This document shows positions 20,672 through 29,562 of a stretch of 64,000 nt of DNA, one piece after another. The notes beneath the pieces were generated by a model. It searched no databases. It had not been told where the DNA came from and saw nothing but the letters and a program-made list of their open reading frames with translations. This stretch comes from a virus: positions 17,285 through 81,284 of IMG/VR virus record IMGVR_UViG_3300017986_004441; one strand, given 5' to 3'. Made by a program: the position numbers and the translations under genes. The number at the start of each line of letters is the position of its first letter. The stretch's first letter is position 1.

Positions 20672-21463
20672 ATGCCCAAAATTTCAGAATTGACTACAGC
20701 CTTAGCTTCAGATATCAATAATGATGATTTATTGGTTATAGTAGATAAATATACTGGCGAAACTAAAAACATGCCAATTACTGAATTTGCCAAGGTCATG
20801 GCGGATATATTAGGCGTTGATATTACAGGAGACGCTGGTGAAGACAAATTTGAAAGACCAGTACTTCCAAGATTAAGAAATTGTGGTACAAAAGTTGTGT
20901 TGCAAAAAATGATTTCTTCTACTATGGTAGATAGATATCGATTTGATACAAACTCTAACACCTTTACCATAACATATGACACCTATCTTATAGGGAATAG
21001 AATAACGCTTTATGCATCTTCTTCTCTTAATCCGTCTCAAAAGGTTATGCTTTTTGATACCGGTGGAGAAATTTCGGGACAGGGCAGTGCCACCTTTTGC
21101 AAAGATGCGGGCTATGATATTATAGACGTTTATATAAGGTCTAAGTCTTTGGCATCATTTGAGTACACACTCTCATGTGGATTAGGAACGTGCGACTATG
21201 TTCAACCGATTCCTGTTACACCTACACCTTCATATACTCCGCCAGTAACACCTACAGTGACAGCAACAAATCTTGTTATTGAGCCAATTGTTGATCCTAC
21301 TCCAACACCAACCACAACCAATACTCCCACACCATCGCCAACACAATTGCCGCCACCACCCCCACCTCTTCCACCACCTCCACCACCACCCCCACCTCTT
21401 CCACCACCTCCACCACCTCTTCCACCACCCCCGCTTCCACCTCCACCACCTCCGCCAGCATAA
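20672..21463 (+). CDS. Tail-fibre-associated protein with PT linker and C-terminal polyproline
   Basis: N-terminal 'MPKISELTTA...DDLLVIVD...ETK' is a common phage fibre start. It ends in a PT tract followed by about 36 residues of P/L. Confidence 0.65.
   Translation: MPKISELTTALASDINNDDLLVIVDKYTGETKNMPITEFAKVMADILGVDITGDAGEDKFERPVLPRLRNCGTKVVLQKMISSTMVDRYRFDTNSNTFTITYDTYLIGNRITLYASSSLNPSQKVMLFDTGGEISGQGSATFCKDAGYDIIDVYIRSKSLASFEYTLSCGLGTCDYVQPIPVTPTPSYTPPVTPTVTATNLVIEPIVDPTPTPTTTNTPTPSPTQLPPPPPPLPPPPPPPPPLPPPPPPLPPPPLPPPPPPPA
21346..21460 (+). repeat. Polyproline coding repeat
   Basis: CCN runs with the unit 'ccacctcttccaccacc' three times, encoding LPPPPPPLPPPPPPPPPLPPPPPPLPPPPLPPPPPPPA. 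Confidence 0.95.
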
Positions 21464-21484
21464 TAATTCATAGGAGCTTTTTAA

Positions 21485-24400
21485 ATGAGCACAGCCAATA
21501 TTTCCAATACTTTTCCTGTAGATTTGAATGCAAGAGGAACTACTTGTGTAGGTACAAGTGGCCCGTCATCATGGTTTGGCACTTATGATCAGAGCGGAAA
21601 TGTTGAAGAGTATATAGAGAAGGGAGTATTATTTTCTACAACAGAAGACTATATACCTCCGGATTATGTAGTAGGTGTCGGATTCCAATCTGCTAAATAT
21701 ACAAATAAATATCTTAATGAGAAAAGAGCAGAAAGAAGAAAAAATAATCAAGATCTTTATATTGAAACTCAAGTTGTCAACTTTTTTGTGTGGTTCAATA
21801 GTATTCTAGGTGGTTATGCGCAGAATATTCCACAAGATCAGAGGAATGCAGGTTCTAATTTAATTTTTATTAATGATGAATATACGCCTTATATTCAAAT
21901 TGGAATGTATGTATCTGGTCCCGGTGTTTCTAATAATACCAAAGTAGAACGAATAGAAACAATGACCTATAATTCGGGGGGTATTAAATGGAGACTGGTT
22001 AGGCTGGATAAGAATTTAGACTGGAACACATATGAGTTTAATGACGGGATAGGAACTAGGCTAGGTGGAATAGAAGAAAGGATTTATTTTGGCTTTCGGT
22101 ATTTAGCTGAAAATGAAAATATTTATCAGCAGATTTCTACTGTGCTGGTAGCAGATTATATACCAGAAGGGTATGGTAATGAATATCCAGAACCGCTAAA
22201 CACATTGTTTGTACCAGTATCTAGTCTTGGGGCTATTAGAACCGGTTGGGCAGTATATGGCGACAATGTTCCAGATAATACATATGTAAAATATGTTTCC
22301 ATGAATGGCGTCAATTTTCCTGAAATAAATGATATTGAATATGCAGAAGTGGTACTAAATAACCCATACATTGCCCCTACATCAATGACTACTAATAGTA
22401 ATGGATCATATGGATTTGTATCATTGGGATTTTTATCTGGGTTTTATGGAGAAACAGCACTGCCTCCGCCATTGCCAACTACCCCTACTCCAGAACCGAT
22501 TCAGATTAGAACCTCTTTTGGATTTGGCAAGGCTCTTAGGGGTGGTTCTTTTCTTTCGTCTCAAGAGGCCAGTGGAAAAAATGCTCCTTTAAGCTATTTG
22601 CCGGTTAATGACTTTAGTGAATCTGTTGGATTTAGAATTGGTTCTATTGCTGAAGAAAGAGATGTTGATGCAAGATTTTACGATCCAAACAGTACATACG
22701 GCTTTGGGCTTAGAAATATTTTTATAGAAATATCTACCATAGCTAGCACCTATGAAGAAGCAGCTACTCTTATCAGAGCTGGTATGAAGATTTCTGGAAA
22801 TGGAATAGATTTTGATACATATGTTACCTCTGTAGCAAAGCGAAATGATACATGGATGCAGGTTACTATTAGTAGAGATATGATGATTGATGAATTGGCA
22901 CCAAATGGGCTGTTTGGTACGACAGTATGTACTTTGCCAAACGATCCGGTAGAGCCATGGGACCCAAATAGTGGAGCCCCACCGCCTCCCCCTAGTCCGT
23001 TTATTAGGTGCGCTCTTTCCACATTAAATTTTTCAATGTCTAATCCGGCACATATGAAAAATATGGTATTGGTTGGAGATGAAGGTAATTCGCCAGATGG
23101 TTTTACTCCAGGGTATGGTAGAGTTAACTATAAATATTGGATTGGAAAATATACTGTAACTAATAGTGAATATGTTGCATTTTTGAATAGTGTAGGTAAC
23201 ACAATAGAAGGTCAAGAGAATCTTAATGCTCTTTACAATCCAGCATCTTCCGAAAATAATTTGAATATGTCTGTAGGCATAGACAGAGATATCTGGCTGC
23301 ATTTGCCTGCAGGTTTATTGGGAAATAATCAAGATATATATTTTATAGAATATGCTAGTGTAGATGGAATGGCCGACCATCCTGTAGTTGGTGTTAGCTG
23401 GCCTCAAGCCGCTCAATATTGCAATTGGCTACATAATAATAGTAATGGGAATTGGGGATCTACTCAGGTGAATACTGGCGCATATAATTTTGTTAATGAG
23501 ACTATTCAAAACATGAGAAGGGCTAGTAATGCAAGATATTTTATACCGAATGAAAACGAATGGTATAAAGCTGCGTATGGAGGCAAGCGATACGGCGGAT
23601 ATTATAGCATACAAGCCACAAAACAAGATAACATAACTCCTGTTGCATACCAAGACTCATCAGAAATTAATTTAGCAAACACGCCAGACGCATGGAATAA
23701 TGGAATGCCAATGATAGAAGTAGAGGATTTTACTAGGCGTGGAGCATTATTTGACAGCACACAAGGAACATCCCTGTTTAATAGATTTTTATTCGATGAG
23801 TATATTAGCAGAGCACGGCCTGGCACCTCCTTGAGATGGATAAGTATATTTAATAGGGCAGCAGATATTTTAGATAGCTATATCTCTCATGTAAGGTGGT
23901 CATTTGGTAATGTATGGAATGCAAATACTAGAACCACTGAAGTTGCACGGTTTTTCTCACTAGATACATCACTATATGACAATATGAAAAGGAATTGTGA
24001 GTCTTTAGAGCTAGCAATAGGCCCAGGAGACAGCTGGTTTAGAGGCTGTAGATATAGTGGAATGGTTTTGGCCTTTTTGACCTTCTATAATGATGCTACT
24101 TCTGGCACGATCGCATCCTGCGCAACATTGACCTATAGAGATAACACGGGCGCTCGAGTGAATTTAGCGACGACTATGCCTCATCACAATCAAGAGGGGG
24201 CAGATAATCGAACCATACCATTAGCTTTTGCAACCAATATAAATCTAGCCCAGGATGATGACTTAACAGATGAAGAATGGGTAAAGGTTCTAACGCACGA
24301 AATGTGCCATGCTTTGGGTTTTGGTACGGTAACAACTCAATTATTGCCAAATGGATGTATAGTAAATGACGATATTAATAATCCCTATATATCTAACGAA

Positions 24401-24826
24401 GTATTTCCAAATATGAGAGATACCGTTAGGACATATAATGATATTGCTTATGGCGCCAATAGTAGGGTGGCAGTTCCTCTAGAAGGGGGTGGGGGCGCAG
24501 GAACAGCTGGTGGACACTGGGAGAATGACGTCAATGACAATGGCTATTGTCCTTTAAATACTAATTGTCCGGATCCTGTCATGTATGCGGGCATTTCAAA
24601 TGAACTAATGACAGGTTTCTACAACCCCTTAGCAAAATTGTCTAGATTAACATTAAATTTCTTTAAAGATCTCGGTTACCATCTTGCTACACAAGATGAT
24701 ATTGGCGAAGGTGATTTCGATGCGATTTATCCTGAGACGCAAATTCAACAATTGTCATCTACAAACAAATCTTCCAAGAAAACCAAGAATAGAATTATAG
24801 GCAAATGTTCAAAAAATAAGAAATAG
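21485..24826 (+). CDS. Virion protein: interrupted, circularly permuted FGE/C-lectin domain plus C-terminal leishmanolysin (M8)-like Zn metallopeptidase
   Basis: GGAG SD upstream. FGE motifs GTYDQSGNV, RGGSF..VGFRI, MVLVGDEGN, VSWPQAAQYCNW, PNENEWYKAAY. Peptidase motifs HEMCHALGF, VPLEGGGGAGTAGGHWE, NELMTG. Confidence 0.8.
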   Translation: MSTANISNTFPVDLNARGTTCVGTSGPSSWFGTYDQSGNVEEYIEKGVLFSTTEDYIPPDYVVGVGFQSAKYTNKYLNEKRAERRKNNQDLYIETQVVNFFVWFNSILGGYAQNIPQDQRNAGSNLIFINDEYTPYIQIGMYVSGPGVSNNTKVERIETMTYNSGGIKWRLVRLDKNLDWNTYEFNDGIGTRLGGIEERIYFGFRYLAENENIYQQISTVLVADYIPEGYGNEYPEPLNTLFVPVSSLGAIRTGWAVYGDNVPDNTYVKYVSMNGVNFPEINDIEYAEVVLNNPYIAPTSMTTNSNGSYGFVSLGFLSGFYGETALPPPLPTTPTPEPIQIRTSFGFGKALRGGSFLSSQEASGKNAPLSYLPVNDFSESVGFRIGSIAEERDVDARFYDPNSTYGFGLRNIFIEISTIASTYEEAATLIRAGMKISGNGIDFDTYVTSVAKRNDTWMQVTISRDMMIDELAPNGLFGTTVCTLPNDPVEPWDPNSGAPPPPPSPFIRCALSTLNFSMSNPAHMKNMVLVGDEGNSPDGFTPGYGRVNYKYWIGKYTVTNSEYVAFLNSVGNTIEGQENLNALYNPASSENNLNMSVGIDRDIWLHLPAGLLGNNQDIYFIEYASVDGMADHPVVGVSWPQAAQYCNWLHNNSNGNWGSTQVNTGAYNFVNETIQNMRRASNARYFIPNENEWYKAAYGGKRYGGYYSIQATKQDNITPVAYQDSSEINLANTPDAWNNGMPMIEVEDFTRRGALFDSTQGTSLFNRFLFDEYISRARPGTSLRWISIFNRAADILDSYISHVRWSFGNVWNANTRTTEVARFFSLDTSLYDNMKRNCESLELAIGPGDSWFRGCRYSGMVLAFLTFYNDATSGTIASCATLTYRDNTGARVNLATTMPHHNQEGADNRTIPLAFATNINLAQDDDLTDEEWVKVLTHEMCHALGFGTVTTQLLPNGCIVNDDINNPYISNEVFPNMRDTVRTYNDIAYGANSRVAVPLEGGGGAGTAGGHWENDVNDNGYCPLNTNCPDPVMYAGISNELMTGFYNPLAKLSRLTLNFFKDLGYHLATQDDIGEGDFDAIYPETQIQQLSSTNKSSKKTKNRIIGKCSKNKK

Positions 24827-24828
24827 TA

Positions 24829-25152
24829 CTATTTTTTATTGGGGTTATATTTGTACCATCCTCCATTTTGCATATAGTTCCCACTATCATCTTTTCTTTT
24901 CGGGAATAGTGTGCCACCCTTTTTGTGTTGACCAAAAGAAAGAACCGCTCCACATTCCTTACATCTAAGTTCGTAGTAGTCATTATCTTCTACTGTTCTA
25001 ACAACAAACTTGATATTATTTTTGTGACATACGCCACAGCTGCTTTCTCCAAAAATTTCATCTATAATAGCTAGTTCTTTAAACATTTCCTTTTGTCCAC
25101 TAGCTTCTAATTCTAATGATATCTTATCGCTTGCTTTATATGTACCTTTCAT
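24829..25152 (-). CDS. Small Zn-ribbon protein
   Basis: CGVC...CKEC; TAATG coupling to the upstream gene gives ATG 25152. Confidence 0.65.
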   Translation of the reverse strand: MKGTYKASDKISLELEASGQKEMFKELAIIDEIFGESSCGVCHKNNIKFVVRTVEDNDYYELRCKECGAVLSFGQHKKGGTLFPKRKDDSGNYMQNGGWYKYNPNKK

Positions 25153-25880
25153 TATTTCCACTCCGGTGTGTAATCTAGTATATCTTCTGAAATGCTATCT
25201 AGATCTTGTTGATACTTAGATAGCTGCCTAATTATCTTAACTGCATCTGCATGAGAGGTAGTATAAATATTTTTTTCCTCTATACCATTCTTTTTTAACA
25301 GATTAGTTATATTGATATTAAGCCTTTTGGCTAATACGTCAATAAAATTTATCTGATTATTTGTAATTTTTCCTACAGTATCCTTATCCGGATGGTCTTC
25401 TATTTCTTCCGCTATCTCTTCTGCTGCCACGACCTTTCTGAGCCTCAAGGCCCTGCGCAAAGCCCTGCCTTCAGCTCGGGTTTCAGCAACGGCCACTGGG
25501 TGATTTCTGAATATTTTGTCACAGTTGCCCCAATAAACATCTGCTGCCCCATTGACGGTGATTGTATTAAATTGAGTATCAGCACCAGTGTCTTTTAAAA
25601 CATATGTCAGAGAATGAATCACAGTAGCTCTGTTGCCATTATCTGGGTCTGGGGACTGACATACTTCGGATACAGATTTCGTTACCACACAACCCATAAC
25701 TGTCTCAAAAATTCTGCGCAAACCATCTGTGGTTGGATTGCCTTTGATTTTTTCGTCTTCGGATAATACCTCCAATACGTAGTCTGTCCAACCAATATCC
25801 GCTATCGTTGGTGTTGCAGAATTAGGGGTTGATTCTGTACTATCTGCTTGTGTTTTTGTAGATGATGCTTTTTTTGCCAT
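25152..25880 (-). CDS. Putative Rad52/Sak-like single-strand annealing protein
   Basis: 'RATVIH...GAAD...PVAVAETRAEGRALRRAL..VAAEE' plus a C-terminal 'ITNNQINFI' helical module. Confidence 0.5.
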   Translation of the reverse strand: MAKKASSTKTQADSTESTPNSATPTIADIGWTDYVLEVLSEDEKIKGNPTTDGLRRIFETVMGCVVTKSVSEVCQSPDPDNGNRATVIHSLTYVLKDTGADTQFNTITVNGAADVYWGNCDKIFRNHPVAVAETRAEGRALRRALRLRKVVAAEEIAEEIEDHPDKDTVGKITNNQINFIDVLAKRLNINITNLLKKNGIEEKNIYTTSHADAVKIIRQLSKYQQDLDSISEDILDYTPEWK

Positions 25881-25882
25881 TT

Positions 25883-26689
25883 CTATTTATCCTTTATTTC
25901 GAAATATTTATCTGGTGTTGAAAATCCATCGGTCAATTTGTTAACTAGTGTCAATAACTTATCTAGCATTATGCTGGACCTGGATATTGAAAAATCCATT
26001 GTCTGTTTAATCCTAACTAAGTTCATGCCCTTGCCCAAAATGAGTCCTTGTTTTTTATTGTCATAGGTCTGGGTTTTTTTGAGAGCATCTTCGCCCCAAA
26101 CTGGATCAAAATGAGAAGGCCCATCGACCTCTATAGCCAAATTTATACTAGGCACGAAAAGATCTATCTGCAACTTAGTATTTACTAATGTTTGCTCATA
26201 ATGAAATTTAGTATCTATTCCGGCAGCAAGCAGTCCTTCGAGTAGAAATTTTTCCAACTTAGAGCCTGTTCTGCTAGACACCCTGATAGCGTCTGTGGCA
26301 GCTTTTTGTAAATTGGCTCTTTCTTCTTGGCTCTTGCTTTTCCATATTTGTTGTTGTTTGTTTTTGAAGGATTGCAATTTATGCTCGTCCATATCCTCCC
26401 AGCTTTGCAAAACTTTCATTCCTATTTTGCGTTTTGTTTCAGCAGATCTTTGTTTGCCTTTTGTTGGGTGTTCCACCTTGCCTTGGGACAATACGTTCTT
26501 TTGGGCCTCACTCTTGGACCTAATCGGTATATTAAGTTTTTTAGCATCTCTTCTGATTTTATTGGCATAGGTGCTATAGATTTTGGCTATTTCATCAAAA
26601 CTTTTTTTGTCTTGGATATAATATTGTTGTAATATAGAAGTTTTTTCTTTTTCTGTTAATGTATTATATGATTTCTTTGATTGTGTCAT
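25883..26689 (-). CDS. Putative free-standing homing endonuclease (HTH + NUMOD3 + Vsr/DUF559-like EDxHD nuclease)
   Basis: NUMOD3-like 'HPTKGKQRSAETKRKIG'; nuclease 'SKLEK...IDLFVP..NLAIEVDGPSHF...YDNKK...LVRI'. Confidence 0.7.
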   Translation of the reverse strand: MTQSKKSYNTLTEKEKTSILQQYYIQDKKSFDEIAKIYSTYANKIRRDAKKLNIPIRSKSEAQKNVLSQGKVEHPTKGKQRSAETKRKIGMKVLQSWEDMDEHKLQSFKNKQQQIWKSKSQEERANLQKAATDAIRVSSRTGSKLEKFLLEGLLAAGIDTKFHYEQTLVNTKLQIDLFVPSINLAIEVDGPSHFDPVWGEDALKKTQTYDNKKQGLILGKGMNLVRIKQTMDFSISRSSIMLDKLLTLVNKLTDGFSTPDKYFEIKDK

Positions 26690-27119
26690 ATTTTAGTTCC
26701 TCACATATTTTTAAAGGTTTTTTCCAACAAATAGTATATAGGTCATACAGCTCTTGGCTTTGTGCTATAAATTCTAAATTTTTGGTTTCAAATAAGCTTT
26801 TATTGTAAGAATAAGCGCTAGTATTATTGCTCCAGAAAGTATCAGTTGCATACATAAAAATTTTATCGATATTTGGAAAATATTTTGCTAATAACAATGA
26901 GGTTGTATCAAATATCAACAAATTGCCATAAAAAAATTTGGCTTGAGAAATATGAAGTATTGGAACATTCATATTATCTATTTTTGAATTTTTACTATTA
27001 AAGACACATATCTGATTGTAGGGATTATCGTCTATTATCTGTTTTGCGGTAGTGAGTATGTGATCGTATATACTATTATTGTCTAATGCTAATAAAATAA
27101 TTCCTAAATCTTTTTTCAT
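26664..27119 (-). CDS. Hypothetical protein, degenerate glycosyltransferase-like
   Basis: 151 aa with an alpha/beta pattern; last gene of the overlapping GT-like cluster. Confidence 0.4.
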   Translation of the reverse strand: MKKDLGIILLALDNNSIYDHILTTAKQIIDDNPYNQICVFNSKNSKIDNMNVPILHISQAKFFYGNLLIFDTTSLLLAKYFPNIDKIFMYATDTFWSNNTSAYSYNKSLFETKNLEFIAQSQELYDLYTICWKKPLKICEELKYDTIKEII

Positions 27120-27769
27120 AATATTGTTTCTATATATTCGGGGTAGGTTTTGTAGTTAATATCATCAAAAGATACATCCTGCCAGTCTAAATTCACGACC
27201 TGACATCCACACATATTTGCCTCTACAGCATAATTCATATTGTTAGATATGAAACACTTTGTATTATTTAATACTTGTGCTTTTTCGTCCTCTGTTAAAT
27301 ATCCTAAATTTTGCGGATGTTTAATATTTGTATTATTGAACAATAGTATTCTGTCTTTTGTCTGTGGGTAAAGCCTGTTTATTAGTTGTTGGGGCATCTT
27401 TTCGTCATAGTCTAAAAAGTAACAATAGTCTATTTCTCTTATTGTTGCATCGGTCTTTTTGAATCTTTGCGTATTACAAAGTAATGGCATGTTTGAATGA
27501 TTTATTACGGTTATATGTTCTGGCCACTCTAGAGAATTCTTGGATTCTTCTGTATACACTATGATTTTTTTGTCTTTGATATTTTGGCAGAAATGATGTT
27601 CTTCGTGTCCCATCTGCTTATGCGAAAAGATATATACATCTGGATTGATTTGTGATTTTATCTTGTAAATATTTCTATCTATATTAGCAAAAATAATATT
27701 GTATTTATGAATTAAGCTATCTAGATTAGAGATGAATTTATTTTGTGATTGCTGTACTAATATATTCAT
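27116..27769 (-). CDS. Degenerate GT-B glycosyltransferase-like protein
   Basis: C-terminal 'LGYLTEDEKAQVLN...YAVEANMCGCQVV' resembles the GT-B 'EA-x-x-G-x-PV' motif. Confidence 0.55.
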   Translation of the reverse strand: MNILVQQSQNKFISNLDSLIHKYNIIFANIDRNIYKIKSQINPDVYIFSHKQMGHEEHHFCQNIKDKKIIVYTEESKNSLEWPEHITVINHSNMPLLCNTQRFKKTDATIREIDYCYFLDYDEKMPQQLINRLYPQTKDRILLFNNTNIKHPQNLGYLTEDEKAQVLNNTKCFISNNMNYAVEANMCGCQVVNLDWQDVSFDDINYKTYPEYIETIL

Positions 27770-28437
27770 AAAAATCTTTTTGCTCTCCTTATGTCTTCTT
27801 GACCATTAACTTTCATTATGTCCCTATAAGAAACTATAGACTCATGTATTATATCTTTGTCATAAAGCATATTAATAATCTCAAACAAAAAATATTTAGA
27901 TATATCAAAGCTGTTATGAATTTCTATTATTTTTTTGAGAGATTGGGCATTTAAGAATATGCACTCCGTCCATTTTCTAGAAAGTCCATAAAAAAGATAT
28001 TTCGATTCTTCGGATTCGGATCCGATTTCAAAATCCTCTTTTTTCCTATCTGTGAAATATATAGTAGATTTATTATTTTTTTTTAATCTCTTGAAACACT
28101 CTTTTTTAAACAGTACGCCGTTATTCACAATAAACACATCATCCACTGAGTCTATATGATTAATATAATTGATAATATGTTTGCATTGGTTATACTCATT
28201 ATACTTTTTCTCATTTATGGTTGTTACATTATTATAGTCTTCAATACTCTTTAGTACTCTATTGTGTTGAAATCCAGTAGATATAAAAATTCTATTCCTT
28301 CTATTAATGGACTTAATAATTCTGATCTGAGTATCTAGTACGCTATATTGAGAATTAATTTTTATTAATGATTTTGGTCCGATAGACTTCATTCCCTTAG
28401 TTATTTCGGGCATAATGATTAGATAATTATTACTCAT
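27766..28437 (-). CDS. Sugar-phosphate nucleotidyltransferase-like protein (divergent)
   Basis: 'LIIMPEITKGMKSIGPKSLIKIN...TGFQ...NGVLF' matches NTP_transferase/LicC topology but lacks the canonical AAGxGTR. Confidence 0.6.
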   Translation of the reverse strand: MSNNYLIIMPEITKGMKSIGPKSLIKINSQYSVLDTQIRIIKSINRRNRIFISTGFQHNRVLKSIEDYNNVTTINEKKYNEYNQCKHIINYINHIDSVDDVFIVNNGVLFKKECFKRLKKNNKSTIYFTDRKKEDFEIGSESEESKYLFYGLSRKWTECIFLNAQSLKKIIEIHNSFDISKYFLFEIINMLYDKDIIHESIVSYRDIMKVNGQEDIRRAKRFL

Positions 28438-29152
28438 AGTATTTTTTAACAATGGTGTTGTTATTAGACAGAAAATCGATATACTTTGAGCTATGCTCTC
28501 TCTTTAATAAGCTTAAATTATTGGCAGATAGACATAATCCATCCAAATTACTGTCGTTTTTTCTAATGGCAGCATAATGTGGTTTTTTAACATTATATAA
28601 AAAGTTGATATAGTTTAAGTCTTCCTGTAGTTGCGACATGCTTTTCCAATGTATATATATAATAAAATCAACCCGTAAAGTATTTACATTTAGTATATCA
28701 AAAAGTCTTTCATTTTCTGATTGATTTTTTATAATAAGATTATGTATTTTCCAATCTGATATCATTTCAGATTGATAGTGTTTTACTGTGTTCTTTAATT
28801 GTTCTTTATTGAGGAATGTTATTATAGATATCTTGTATGGGATATTATTTAATGTGTTTATATTTTTGGGAATAGATAATATCTCATTTTCTGATTTGTC
28901 CGAAGCGTCTACTACGAGATAGTAATTTAGCTTGTTTTGCTGCCTAACAAATTCTTCTATGTCTTCTGGCAGCTTATCTTTATATTTATCAAAAGACTGT
29001 TTAGAAAACGCATACGAACACTTGTAGTCTTGTATATAGTTATATCCGTCTTGTTTTTTTAGTTCATAGCTATCTTTGATCAGATCTGGAATATTAAATG
29101 AACAACCATAATTGGACTTGCTAAAATAGCAGTCTTCACATTTGGTATTCAT
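28430..29152 (-). CDS. Hypothetical protein (N-terminal CxxC; possible degenerate GT-A fold)
   Basis: 'CEDCYF...C...C' N-terminus; member of the GT-like cluster. Confidence 0.4.
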   Translation of the reverse strand: MNTKCEDCYFSKSNYGCSFNIPDLIKDSYELKKQDGYNYIQDYKCSYAFSKQSFDKYKDKLPEDIEEFVRQQNKLNYYLVVDASDKSENEILSIPKNINTLNNIPYKISIITFLNKEQLKNTVKHYQSEMISDWKIHNLIIKNQSENERLFDILNVNTLRVDFIIYIHWKSMSQLQEDLNYINFLYNVKKPHYAAIRKNDSNLDGLCLSANNLSLLKREHSSKYIDFLSNNNTIVKKYYE

Positions 29153-29562
29153 AGCTTACTCCTTATTACGGTATATGAAGCAAACGAGCCGTCAAATGTG
29201 ATTTGATCTATATCTATATCTGTGTTTTTATGAAATATTTCAATTATGTTAGATCTATCTAATAAGCACTTAATTGATGAAATATATTGACATATTTCGT
29301 CTTTGCTTAGGTCTCCATTATGATAATTAGAAATCATTTGATCCCAATCAAGAAGTCTAAAGGTTAATTTTGCATTGTGTTTTAATTTATTACACAATAG
29401 CGATAGGATGTTAATCGCCTGATCTTTTGAGAGTAGGTTCATGAAAGATATATTGATGTGAGCTTCTGAAAAATTAGGTATAGAGTCTATATCAGAAATG
29501 CTTACATTGTTTGCGCCCTCTAGAGAATAATTATTTTGATAAGATATATTGGTAATTTTCAT
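29149..29562 (-). CDS. Truncated/degenerate SAM methyltransferase-like protein
   Basis: 'ILSLLCNKLKHNAKLTFRLLD' resembles the 'xxxLKPGGxL' motif; no GxG motif is visible. Confidence 0.4.
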   Translation of the reverse strand: MKITNISYQNNYSLEGANNVSISDIDSIPNFSEAHINISFMNLLSKDQAINILSLLCNKLKHNAKLTFRLLDWDQMISNYHNGDLSKDEICQYISSIKCLLDRSNIIEIFHKNTDIDIDQITFDGSFASYTVIRSKL

